DNA of 64,000 nt, from the sequence record NZ_LR134467.1, one strand, 5' to 3'. The stretch is from a plasmid. The notes beneath the pieces are model-generated. The model saw only the letters and a list, made by a program, of their open reading frames with translations, did no database searches and was not told the DNA's origin. The translations under genes were made by a program, and so were the position numbers. Below, piece after piece: positions 1-8,846 of this stretch. How positions within the stretch are numbered: position 1 is the stretch's first letter; each line of letters opens with the position of its first letter.

Positions 1-540
1 GTGGAGCGGGTCTACTCCGACGTCACCCCGATGAACTTCCCCGCCATCCTCGCCAGCCCGATCACCCTGCACCCCTTGGCCGTCGACGCGCACACCCGCA
101 GGGTCGTCGACCTGGCTCCGTACGTCACCGACGCCGCATCGCTGCGCACCGCACTGCGCGCGACCACCGCGCTTCCTCTGCTCGCCGGGCCACCCGTGCG
201 GCTCGCGGGGCGGGAGTTCCTCGACGGCGGCCTCGCCGAGAAGGTGCCGCTGGCCACGCCCATCGAGCAGGGCGCCACGCACCTGCTGGTGCTGCGCACC
301 GTCGAGGCGGAGGCCGCACCCCGCTCCTCCCGCGCCGAGCAGTGGGTCCTGGACACCTACTTCACCGCCCGGCGGGCCGCGCCCGCTCCGGAGCCGGTGG
401 AACCGGGCGCAGCCGAGGTGCTGCAGGTGTGGGTCCCGCCCGGCAGCCCGGCCGTCGGCCGCCTCTCCAACGACGGTCCGCTGATCTCCCGCGCCGTCGA
501 GATCGGCCGCGACGCCGCGCTCCGTGCCCTCGCCGGGTAG
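1..540 (+). CDS. patatin-like phospholipase, C-terminal part (5' end outside window)
   Basis: ORF runs from window edge. Conserved FLDGG..EKVP motif region (catalytic Asp of patatin DGA/G). High-GC codon bias consistent with coding. Confidence 0.55.
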   Translation: MERVYSDVTPMNFPAILASPITLHPLAVDAHTRRVVDLAPYVTDAASLRTALRATTALPLLAGPPVRLAGREFLDGGLAEKVPLATPIEQGATHLLVLRTVEAEAAPRSSRAEQWVLDTYFTARRAAPAPEPVEPGAAEVLQVWVPPGSPAVGRLSNDGPLISRAVEIGRDAALRALAG

Positions 541-543
541 CCC

Positions 544-1125
544 TCAGCCGCCCAGCAGCCGCGCGGCGAGGCGTTCCGCCTGATCCGCTGCGGCGGGGGG
601 CGGTGGATCGCCGGCCACCAAGTACCGCCGCGCGACCGCGAGGGGTAGTTCGTACAGGGCGAAGGCGACGTCGGCGCGCGGGCACTGCGCATTCGCGGCC
701 ACTCTGCCGACGATCTCGGCGATCCGCTCCGTCCGCTCGGCGTCGAGCGCCGACCATTCGGCGGCCGCGGTGGGGGGCCATGATTCGACGGCGAAGGCCG
801 GGGGTCCGGCCTGCAGGACGAGCGCCTCGCCGAGGTCGGCGCGGCAGCGCTCCACGATCCACCGCGCGCTCGACGCGGCGTCGGCGGTCGCCGAGAGATC
901 CGCCCAGTTCGCAATGTAGTCCTCGTGGAACCGGCGGACCGTCCGCAGCCAGACGGCGGCGAGCAGCGCGGGACGGTCGGGGAAGAGGTGGTACACGGAA
1001 CCGCTGGGCGACTTGGACTCCCGTGCGACGGCGGCCACCGTGAGGCCTCGTGTCCCGTCCCGCGCGAAGAGCCGGACGGCGGCGTCGAGCAGCCCGTCCG
1101 GATCGTGCAGCCTCGGCCTTCCCAT
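544..1125 (-). CDS. TetR family transcriptional regulator
   Basis: 193 aa ORF. N-terminal HTH signature (LDAAVRLFARDGTRGLTVAAVARESKSPSGSVYHLF) typical of TetR/AcrR. Confidence 0.8.
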   Translation of the reverse strand: MGRPRLHDPDGLLDAAVRLFARDGTRGLTVAAVARESKSPSGSVYHLFPDRPALLAAVWLRTVRRFHEDYIANWADLSATADAASSARWIVERCRADLGEALVLQAGPPAFAVESWPPTAAAEWSALDAERTERIAEIVGRVAANAQCPRADVAFALYELPLAVARRYLVAGDPPPPAAADQAERLAARLLGG

Positions 1126-1180
1126 GGCGGCGATCCTATGTTAGACCTTTTGGAGAGATATCACTAAAACAGGAGCGATC

Positions 1181-1618
1181 ATGATCGAATCCAGTGCGGA
1201 GTCCCTCGCCCTCGCCGCCGCGGTTCTCGACGCCCAGCCCTTCAACGCCGTGGTCGGCGCCCGGATCACGGCGTTCGGCGGCGGCAACGCCGAACTCGTT
1301 CTCGACATCGAGGACCGGCACCGGCAACAGTTCGGCGTCGCCCACGGCGGCGTCCTCGCGTACCTCGCCGACAACGCGCTGACGTTCGCGGCGGGATCCG
1401 TCCTCGGCACGGACGTGCTCACCGGCGGCGTGGACGTGAACTACCTCCGCGCGGCCCGAGACGGACGGCTGCGCACCACGGCGACAGTCGTACACCGGGC
1501 CCGAACACACGCTGTGACCACCGCCGAGATCTGGCACGAGACCGACGGCGCCGAGCCCCGCCTGTGCGCCATCGCCCGCGGCACCGTCTTCGTCACCGCC
1601 CCGGGAGCGTCCCGATGA
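1181..1618 (+). CDS. PaaI/hotdog-fold acyl-CoA thioesterase
   Basis: 145 aa. Hotdog thioesterase motifs (GGVLAYLADNALTFAAGS, HGG). ATGA stop/start overlap with next gene. Confidence 0.7.
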   Translation: MIESSAESLALAAAVLDAQPFNAVVGARITAFGGGNAELVLDIEDRHRQQFGVAHGGVLAYLADNALTFAAGSVLGTDVLTGGVDVNYLRAARDGRLRTTATVVHRARTHAVTTAEIWHETDGAEPRLCAIARGTVFVTAPGASR

Positions 1619-2178
1619 CGGACCCGGACGTGGCACGAGTGGCGGCGCGCACCACAGTGCGCCGCGCGATCCGCACGTCACTGCACTGCGCGATCGCGTC
1701 GTGCAACCCCGACGGCTCCCCGCACGTCACCCCCATCGGCTCGATCCTGCTGGATCGGGATGCGCGGTCGGGCATCTACTTCGACGTGTTCAACGCGCGG
1801 CTCGCGCGCAATCTCGCACGCGACCCCCGGATCACGGTGCTAGCGGTCGACAGCGGCTCGCTCCGCTGGCTGCGCGCTCTGCTCCGTGGGCGGTTCGAGC
1901 AGAGTCCCGGGGTCCAGCTCGTGGGCACGGCCGGCCCGGCCCGGCCCGCGCGCCCCGAGGAGATCACCCGGTTCCGCCGGTTGGTCGGACCGCTCGGCAG
2001 GACTCCCGGCGGGCGCGCCTTCTGGTCCGACCTGTCCCGGGTGCGCGACCTCCGCTTCGACGACGCCCGCCCGATCCACCTGGGCCCGATGACGCGTGAG
2101 CGACGAGTCAGTCCGCGACGACGGTGCCCTGGTGGAACATCACGGTCCACCGGTTCTCGCGGCGACGCCACACGGTGA
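1615..2178 (+). CDS. pyridoxamine 5'-phosphate oxidase (PNPOx) family FMN/F420-binding protein
   Basis: ATG at 1615 overlaps thioesterase stop (ATGA). PNPOx-like split-barrel motifs (CNPDGSPHVTPIGSILLD). 3' end may be shorter, since it overlaps the convergent gene. Confidence 0.55.
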   Translation: MTDPDVARVAARTTVRRAIRTSLHCAIASCNPDGSPHVTPIGSILLDRDARSGIYFDVFNARLARNLARDPRITVLAVDSGSLRWLRALLRGRFEQSPGVQLVGTAGPARPARPEEITRFRRLVGPLGRTPGGRAFWSDLSRVRDLRFDDARPIHLGPMTRERRVSPRRRCPGGTSRSTGSRGDATR

Positions 2179-2506
2179 GCCGACGGGTGACGCGGTCGCC
2201 CTGCGCCAGCGTGTAGGTGAGCAGGTACACGGAGGCGCCCATCGCACGGACCTGGAACTCGCTGGTCTCCCAGTCCGATTCGTCCGGCGGCGCGGCGATC
2301 CGCTGGTCGGTCACCGCCCGGACGTGCTCGCGGCTGTACCGCCGGCCCGAGGCACCGACCTCCCAGAAGTCGGGCGCGACCGCGTCGTCGAAGTCGGCGA
2401 GCGAGCGCCAGGAGGGGCCGTGGAAGACGGGTTCGCGGCGGCGGAGCTCCGCGAGCACCTCGCGCAGCTCCGGCTCGGTGGTCCGGTCCGGCTCCTCCTC
2501 GATCAC
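2108..2506 (-). CDS. SnoaL-like / NTF2-fold protein (DUF4440-like)
   Basis: 132 aa ORF with NTF2-like pattern (WRRRENRWTVMFHQGTVV at the C-terminus). Confidence 0.5.
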   Translation of the reverse strand: MIEEEPDRTTEPELREVLAELRRREPVFHGPSWRSLADFDDAVAPDFWEVGASGRRYSREHVRAVTDQRIAAPPDESDWETSEFQVRAMGASVYLLTYTLAQGDRVTRRLTVWRRRENRWTVMFHQGTVVAD

Positions 2507-2522
2507 TTGCCTAAGGCTACCC

Positions 2523-5500
2523 TCACTGCCAATCGCGGGACCGCGAGGGCACCGACAGGTCCATGCGCTGCAGTCGATCGGCGACGACGGTGACGGCGCC
2601 CTCCGCGTTCTGCAGCTTCCCCCGGATCAGCAGCGCGGGCGCCGACTGCGCCAGCCGCCGATACCGCGCCCACAGCCCCTGGCTGCACACCACGTTCACC
2701 ATGCCGGTCTCGTCCTCGAGGTTGATGAAGGTGACGCCGCCCGCGGTGGCGGGCCGCTGCCGGTGCGTGACGGCCCCGCCCACCAGGACGCGGTCACCGT
2801 CGGGCAGCGAGAGGAGGCGGTCGGCCGGGACGACACCGAGACGGTCGAGGGTGGGCCGCAGGAACTCCGTCGGGTACTTGCCGACGGTGACCGACGTGGC
2901 CCACACGTCCGCCGCCGCGAGCTCCGTCTCGCTCATGCCGGGCAGGGCGGGCGGCGCGCCCGCGGTGGCGGTACCCGGCAGCCGGTCCGGACGCTCCCGC
3001 GCGGCGGCACCCGCCTCCCACAGCGCCTGCCGGCGGTCGCGGCCGAAGCAGTCCAACGCACCGGAGGTGGCGAGCGCCTCCGACTGCGCGACCGTGAGCT
3101 CGACCCGAGCCGTGAGATCGGTGAGGCCCGCGTAGGCGCCGCGCGCGTCCCGCTCGTGGGCGATGCGCTCGGCGAGGTCGTCGCCGATGGTGCGGATCGC
3201 GGCCAGGCCGAGCCGGACCTCCGCACCCGCGTTCTCCAGATCCGCCCACGGCAGGCTGCGGTTCACGCACGGCCCGTGCACGGTGACGCCGTGCCGTCGC
3301 GCGTCGGCGACGAGGGACTGCGGCGAGTAGAAACCCATCGGCTGGGCCCGCAACAGCGCCGCGCAGAAGGCCGCCGGATGGTAGAGCTTGAACCACGAGG
3401 AGTAGAAGACCAGCGACGCGAACGACTGCGAATGACTCTCGGGGAAGCCGAAGTTGGCGAAGGCGGCGAGCTTCTCGAAGATCCGGTCGGCCACCTCCCC
3501 CTCGATGCCGTGCCGGTGCCGCGCACCGTCGTAGAAGCGCTGCCGCAGCTGCTCCATCTTCTCCGTGGAGCGCTTCGAGCCCATGGCGCGGCGCAGCTGG
3601 TCGGCCTCCGCCGGGGAGAAGCCGGCGACGTCGGTGGCGAGTTGCATGAGCTGCTCCTGGAAGAGCGGCACCCCCAGCGTGCGCCGCAGGGCCTTCCACA
3701 TCGACGGGTGCTCGACGGCCGGCTCCTCCAGCCCGTTGCGGCGGCGGATGTACGGGTGCACCGAACCGCCCTGGATGGGGCCGGGCCGGATGAGCGCGAC
3801 CTCCACCACCAGGTCGTAGAAGTTCCGCGGTTTCAGGCGCGGCAGCGTGGCCATCTGCGCGCGCGACTCCACCTGGAAGACGCCCACGGAGTCGGCGCGA
3901 CAGAGCATCTCGTAGACGTTGGCGTCGGCGAGGTCGAGCTGCGCGAAGTCCACGTCGATGCCCTTGTGCTCGGCGAGGAGGTCCTTCGCGTAGTGCAGCG
4001 CGCTGAGCATCCCGAGGCCCAGCAGATCGAACTTCACCAGGCCCGCGGCCGCGCAGTCGTCCTTGTCCCACTGCAGCACGCTGCGGTCCTCCATGCGGGC
4101 CCACTCGGTGGGGCAGACGTCGGCGATCGGACGGTCGCAGATCACCATGCCGCCCGAGTGGATCCCCAGATGCCGCGGCAGGTCCGCGATCTGCGTCGCC
4201 AGCTCGACCACCCGGCCCGGGATCCCCTCGGGCACCGGATCGTTCCGCCACCCCCAGCTGGAGACCTGTTTGCTCCAGGCGTCCTGCTGCCCCTGCGAGT
4301 AGCCGAGCGCCCGCGCCGTGTCACGGACCGCGGACCGGCCGCGGTAGGTGATGACGTTGGCGACCTGCGCGGCGTACTCGCGGCCGTACTTCCGGTAGAC
4401 GAACTGGATCGCCTCCTCCCGGCGATCCGACTCGATGTCGACGTCGATGTCGGGCGGGCCGTCGCGCTCGGGGGCGAGGAAGCGCTCGAAGAGCAGCTGG
4501 TTGCGCACCGGGTCCACCGCCGTGATGCCCAGCGCGAAGCAGACGGCCGAGTTGGCGGCGCTGCCGCGGCCCTGGCACAGGATGTCGTTCTCGCGGCAGA
4601 AGGTGACGATGCTGTGCACGATGAGGAAGTAGCCCGGGAAGGTGAGCGTCTCGATCACGTTCAGCTCGTGCTCGATCTGCCGGTACGCCTGCGGGTTCCG
4701 CTCCGGCGGGCCGTACCGCTCCAGCGCCCCGCGCCGGGTCAGCTCGCGCAGCCAGGTGGCCTCCGTGTGGCCCGACGGGACGTCGAAGGGCGGCAGGTTC
4801 GGCGCGATCAGCTTGAGGCTGAAGGCGCACTCGGCGCCGAGCTCGGCGGCGGCCGCGATGGCGCCGGGATGTTCGGGTAGCAGCAGCGCCATCTCGTCGC
4901 CCGAGCGCAGGTGCGCGCCGCCCGCGGCGGGGAGCCAGCCGTCGAGTTCGTCGAGGCTGCGGCGGGCGCGGATCGCCGCGAGCGTGGACGCCAGGTGCCG
5001 CTGGCCGGGCCGGGCGAAGTGCGCCCCCGTGGTGGCGACGGTGCCCACCCCCATCCGCGCGGCCACGCCGGCGAGGAGATGGTTGCGCTCGTCGTCCTCG
5101 GGGACGCCGTGGACGGTGAGCTCCATGCTCACCCGCCCCTCCCCGAAGCGGTCGACGAGCTGCGCGAGGGCGGCGGCGGCACCGTCGGGCCCACCGGCGG
5201 CGAGGCCGCGCCGGACCGCGCCCTTGCGGCAGCCGGTGAGGATGTGCCAGTGTCCGCCGGACCATTCGGCGAGGCGGTCCGGGTGGAAACGCAGCAGCCC
5301 CTTCTCCCCCGCCTCCATGTGCGCCTCGGCCATCGCGCGCGAGAGGCGGCGGTACCCCTCCTGGCCGCGGGCGAGCACGAGCAGGTGATCGCCCGACGGG
5401 TCCTCGGCGCCGGTGCGCATCGCGTCGTGCTCCAGGGACAGCTCCGCCCCGAAGACCGTGGGAACGCCCAGCTCCAGCGCGGCCTCGGCGAACCGGACCA

Positions 5501-5816
5501 CCCCGTAGAAGCCGTTGTGGTCGGTGACCGCGAGGGCCTTCAGGCCGAGCGCGTGGGCCTGCTCGACCATCTCCTCCGGCAGCGCGGCGCCGTCGAGGAA
5601 GCTGAACGCGGTGTGCGCGTGCAGCTCCGCATAGGGCACGCGGGAGACCCCGGGACCGCCGCCGGACGGCACGTAGGGCTCGCGCTTGCGGGACCACGCC
5701 GGCGAATCGCCACCGTCGCCCGGCGGCTCCTCCGCCCGGCGCACCGGGGCCCGCCCGGAGAGCACCCGCTCCATCTCCGACCAGCTCGGCCCGTTGCTCC
5801 ATCCCACACCCAGCAT
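2523..5816 (-). CDS. dnaE2: error-prone DNA polymerase DnaE2 (ImuC)
   Basis: About 1100 aa. PHP domain (ELHAHTAFSFLDGA), Pol III alpha catalytic core and OB fold. N-terminus MLGVGWSNGPSWSEMERVL matches the DnaE2 start. Alternative starts GTG 5807 or ATG 5849. Confidence 0.9.
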   Translation of the reverse strand: MLGVGWSNGPSWSEMERVLSGRAPVRRAEEPPGDGGDSPAWSRKREPYVPSGGGPGVSRVPYAELHAHTAFSFLDGAALPEEMVEQAHALGLKALAVTDHNGFYGVVRFAEAALELGVPTVFGAELSLEHDAMRTGAEDPSGDHLLVLARGQEGYRRLSRAMAEAHMEAGEKGLLRFHPDRLAEWSGGHWHILTGCRKGAVRRGLAAGGPDGAAAALAQLVDRFGEGRVSMELTVHGVPEDDERNHLLAGVAARMGVGTVATTGAHFARPGQRHLASTLAAIRARRSLDELDGWLPAAGGAHLRSGDEMALLLPEHPGAIAAAAELGAECAFSLKLIAPNLPPFDVPSGHTEATWLRELTRRGALERYGPPERNPQAYRQIEHELNVIETLTFPGYFLIVHSIVTFCRENDILCQGRGSAANSAVCFALGITAVDPVRNQLLFERFLAPERDGPPDIDVDIESDRREEAIQFVYRKYGREYAAQVANVITYRGRSAVRDTARALGYSQGQQDAWSKQVSSWGWRNDPVPEGIPGRVVELATQIADLPRHLGIHSGGMVICDRPIADVCPTEWARMEDRSVLQWDKDDCAAAGLVKFDLLGLGMLSALHYAKDLLAEHKGIDVDFAQLDLADANVYEMLCRADSVGVFQVESRAQMATLPRLKPRNFYDLVVEVALIRPGPIQGGSVHPYIRRRNGLEEPAVEHPSMWKALRRTLGVPLFQEQLMQLATDVAGFSPAEADQLRRAMGSKRSTEKMEQLRQRFYDGARHRHGIEGEVADRIFEKLAAFANFGFPESHSQSFASLVFYSSWFKLYHPAAFCAALLRAQPMGFYSPQSLVADARRHGVTVHGPCVNRSLPWADLENAGAEVRLGLAAIRTIGDDLAERIAHERDARGAYAGLTDLTARVELTVAQSEALATSGALDCFGRDRRQALWEAGAAARERPDRLPGTATAGAPPALPGMSETELAAADVWATSVTVGKYPTEFLRPTLDRLGVVPADRLLSLPDGDRVLVGGAVTHRQRPATAGGVTFINLEDETGMVNVVCSQGLWARYRRLAQSAPALLIRGKLQNAEGAVTVVADRLQRMDLSVPSRSRDWQ

Positions 5817-5860
5817 TCTACGCTTATATGTTCGATGAATGTTCGACACTCGAACGCTTC
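5817..5860 (-). promoter_or_regulatory. candidate dnaE2 promoter/operator: TATAAG -10-like hexamer plus clustered SOS-box hexamers (TTCGA-N6-TTCGA; GTTCGA-CAC-TCGAAC palindrome)
   Basis: Seen directly at 5823-5855, immediately upstream of the dnaE2 start. Hexamers are identical to LexA half-sites but not in canonical TCGAAC-N4-GTTCGA spacing. Confidence 0.4.
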
Positions 5861-5998
5861 ACATGCGCCGGACGCTGCCGACACCCGCGAGCGCTGCCAC
5901 GAACCGGCAGCGTGGACGGAATCCGGCAGCGCGCTGCCGGAACTCACCCGGGCAGCGGGCGATGCCGCGAACACTGTGGCCGCCGCGGCCTGACGGGC

Positions 5999-6481
5999 TC
6001 AGGCCTCGTCGGCGAGACCCGGGGTGACCTTGGAGAGAGCGGCGCGCAGCGCGGTGACGTCGCGCGCCGTGAGGTGGTCGAAGACCAGGCGGCGAACCTC
6101 CGCGACGTGCCCGCGGGCGGCACCGTCGAGCGCGGCGAAGCCCTCGTCGGTGAGCTCGGCGTAGGCCGAGCGCCCCTCCGCGCGCCGCACCAGCCAGCCG
6201 CGCTCGCCGAGCTTGCGCAGCACGTGCGACAGGCGCGAGGGCGACGAGTTGGCGGCCTCGGCGAGTGCCGACAGGCCGAGCGTGCGGTCGGGCGCCTGCG
6301 AGAGCTGCGCGAGCACCATGAACTCGTAGTGGGTGATGCCCGCGTCGGCGCGCAGCTGCGTGTCCAGCTTCGAGGGCAGCCGCATCGCGACGTGGATGAG
6401 GGGCAGCCAGGCCGCCATCTCCTCGTCGGACAGCCACCGGGTGTTCCCCGTGTCCACCATCGCCACACCCCCGAACATCAC
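5999..6481 (-). CDS. MarR family transcriptional regulator
   Basis: 160 aa, winged-helix MarR pattern (LGLSALAEAANSSPSRLSHVLRKLGERGWLVR). Confidence 0.8.
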   Translation of the reverse strand: MMFGGVAMVDTGNTRWLSDEEMAAWLPLIHVAMRLPSKLDTQLRADAGITHYEFMVLAQLSQAPDRTLGLSALAEAANSSPSRLSHVLRKLGERGWLVRRAEGRSAYAELTDEGFAALDGAARGHVAEVRRLVFDHLTARDVTALRAALSKVTPGLADEA

Positions 6482-6534
6482 GTCGGGACCCGAGTTTACC
6501 GGCTCCGCATTTCGGTGAACGGCGCCTCACCGAC

Positions 6535-7461
6535 GTGGGTACATTGACCGGTATGAGCAGTCCGAGCACCACGCCGGGACCGACCTCCGACGCGGAGATC
6601 CCCGTCTACCTGGAGTCCCTCGGCATCCCCGGCCTCGCCGACATCCACGTGCACTTCCTGCCCGAGCCGATGCTGGTCAAGGTGTGGGACTTCTTCGACC
6701 GCGCGAGCGCCGAGTACGGCCGCGAGTGGCCCATCCGGTACCGGTTCGACGAGGACACCCGGCTGGAGCTGATCCGCGGCATGGGCGTGACGGCGATCCC
6801 CGCGCTCACCTACCCGCACAAGCCCGGGATGGCGGTGTGGCTCAACGAGTGGTGCGCCGAGTTCGCGCGCCGCGTGCCCGACGGCATCCACTGCGCCACG
6901 CTCTACCCCGAGCCCGGCGTGGGCGAGTACGTCGCGCAGGCCGTCGCCGACGGTGCGCGGTTGTTCAAGATGCACGTCCAGGTGGGCGTCTTCGCGCCCG
7001 ACGACCCGCTGCTGGATCCCGCCTGGGAGGTGCTGGCCGCGGCGAGGATCCCGGTGGTGATCCACGCCGGCTCCGGCCCCGTCGAGGGCCCGTACACCGG
7101 CCCCGACCGCGTCGGCGAGGTGCTGCGCCGGCACCCCGAGCTGACACTCGTCATCGCGCACCTCGGCATGCCGGAGTACGACCGGTTCGCCGACCTCGCC
7201 GAGCGCTTCCCCCACGTGTACCTCGACACCACCATGGCCGCGACCGACTTCACCGAGCGGACCGCCCCGATGCCGCCCGGATACGTCGAGCGGCTCGGCG
7301 CGCTCGCCGACAAGGTGGTGTTGGGCAGCGACTTCCCCAACATCCCGTACGAGTACGCGCACCAGCTCTTCGGGCTGGCGCGGCTCGGCCTCGGCGACGA
7401 ATGGATGCGCAAGGTGCTGTGGCACAACGGCCGCGCCCTGCTGGAGCGCGCGGGCGCCTGA
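6535..7461 (+). CDS. amidohydrolase-2 family metal-dependent hydrolase
   Basis: 308 aa. HxH metal-binding start (ADIHVHF), conserved His/Asp later (VIHAGSG, IAHLGMP, LGSDFP). Confidence 0.75.
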   Translation: MGTLTGMSSPSTTPGPTSDAEIPVYLESLGIPGLADIHVHFLPEPMLVKVWDFFDRASAEYGREWPIRYRFDEDTRLELIRGMGVTAIPALTYPHKPGMAVWLNEWCAEFARRVPDGIHCATLYPEPGVGEYVAQAVADGARLFKMHVQVGVFAPDDPLLDPAWEVLAAARIPVVIHAGSGPVEGPYTGPDRVGEVLRRHPELTLVIAHLGMPEYDRFADLAERFPHVYLDTTMAATDFTERTAPMPPGYVERLGALADKVVLGSDFPNIPYEYAHQLFGLARLGLGDEWMRKVLWHNGRALLERAGA

Positions 7462-7475
7462 GCACGGGCCGTACG

Positions 7476-8756
7476 ATGGCCCTCATGCAGATCCGGCGCG
7501 CCGCGGTGGCGCTGTTCGTCGCGGGGACCCTCGCGGCGTGCGGCGGCGCACCGTCGGCGCCCGAGACCCTGTCGCTCGAGCGGTCCAAGACCGCCTTCGA
7601 GCAGGTGGGGATCGACGAGACCCGCGACGACGTGACCGCGCTGGTCTCCACCGCCACCCGCGTCGGCGCGCGGCTCGCGGCGGGCGACCCGCGCGCGGCG
7701 AGCACCGCCGTCTCCCCCTGGTCGGTCCTGAGCCTGCTGGGCATGCTCCGAGCCGGGGCGCAGGGCGAGACCGCCGCGCAGCTCGACGGTGCCGGGCTCG
7801 GCGCCGCGAAGAACCTCCCGCGGGCGATGGCGGCTCTCACCGGCCAGGCCGCGCAGTGGGCGGGCGATCCGGGCACCGTCCCCACGGGCACACCGCCCGC
7901 GTCGCCGCTGTTCCAGTCGCAGGTCGCGCTCCTGACGGCCAAGCAGCCCGAGGACCGGCGCGTCCGGTCCCCGTACCTGGACGCGCTCGCCGCGAGTTAC
8001 GACACCGGCGTCTACCCGGTGGACTTCGGCCTCGGCGTGGGCGAGCCGCTGGGCGAGTGGGTGGCCGTGAACACCGGCAGCAGCCTCACCGCGGCGCCGC
8101 TGCGCACCGACGCCGACACGCGCCTCGCCGCCGCGACGACCGCGTACCTCGCGGCCGCGTGGCGCTTCCCGTTCGACGCCGCCCGGACGCGGCCCGCGCC
8201 GTTCACCGCCGCCGACGGCGCCGTTCTCGACCCGCTCACCATGCGCGGCACGGTGCCCGCGCGGGTGGCCGCGGGCGAGGGCTTCACGGCGTTGCAGCTC
8301 GACTACGGCACCACGCTCGCACTGCAGATCGTGCTACCCACCCCCGGGACGCCGCTCGCCGACGCGGCGAGCGAGGGCCGGTTCACCGCGGCGCGGATCG
8401 CGCTGGCGGGGGCACCGTCGACGCCGCACGAGGTGAGCCTGCCGAAGTGGCGCACCAGCACCTGGACCGGGCTCGCCGATCCGCTCCGGGACGCGGGCCT
8501 GACGGCGCTGTTCGCGGGCCCCGGCCTCGACGGCGTGGCCCCGGGATCGCCGTCGCTGGCCGACGCCCGCGCGGCGGCCGTGCTCACCGTCGGAGAGAAG
8601 GGCACCGCCACCGACACCGCGACCGCGGCGCCGACCCCGGAGCCCGCGCCGGGCCCCGCGCCCTTCGTGGTGGATCGGGCCTTCGCGTACTCGGTGGTCG
8701 ACACGGCGACAGGGATGCCCCTGATGATGGGGACGGTCAACCGGCCGGGCGCATAG
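7476..8756 (+). CDS. serpin-family protease inhibitor, predicted lipoprotein
   Basis: Signal peptide with lipobox LAAC. Serpin N-terminal motif (SPWSVLSLLGMLRAGAQGETAAQL). Hinge GEKGTATDTATAA and C-terminal FVVDRAFAYSVVD..PLMMGTVNRP signature. Starts 14 bp after the amidohydrolase stop. Confidence 0.8.
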   Translation: MALMQIRRAAVALFVAGTLAACGGAPSAPETLSLERSKTAFEQVGIDETRDDVTALVSTATRVGARLAAGDPRAASTAVSPWSVLSLLGMLRAGAQGETAAQLDGAGLGAAKNLPRAMAALTGQAAQWAGDPGTVPTGTPPASPLFQSQVALLTAKQPEDRRVRSPYLDALAASYDTGVYPVDFGLGVGEPLGEWVAVNTGSSLTAAPLRTDADTRLAAATTAYLAAAWRFPFDAARTRPAPFTAADGAVLDPLTMRGTVPARVAAGEGFTALQLDYGTTLALQIVLPTPGTPLADAASEGRFTAARIALAGAPSTPHEVSLPKWRTSTWTGLADPLRDAGLTALFAGPGLDGVAPGSPSLADARAAAVLTVGEKGTATDTATAAPTPEPAPGPAPFVVDRAFAYSVVDTATGMPLMMGTVNRPGA

Positions 8757-8846
8757 CCCGCACACCACCTGTTGGTATTGCAAATCCACATTCCTTCCAG
8801 CGGTTATCTTTTCACCAAAGTCTCGACTTCACGTTAAGGTTGAGGC

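Noticed and set aside
2217-4880. 887-aa plus-strand ORF
   Set aside because: Antisense to dnaE2. Arg/Gly/Ala-rich junk composition typical of high-GC shadow ORFs.
5817-5860. Canonical LexA box upstream of dnaE2
   Set aside because: Hexamers are present, but none is in TCGAAC-N4-GTTCGA arrangement. It is reported as a non-canonical site, not called as an SOS box.
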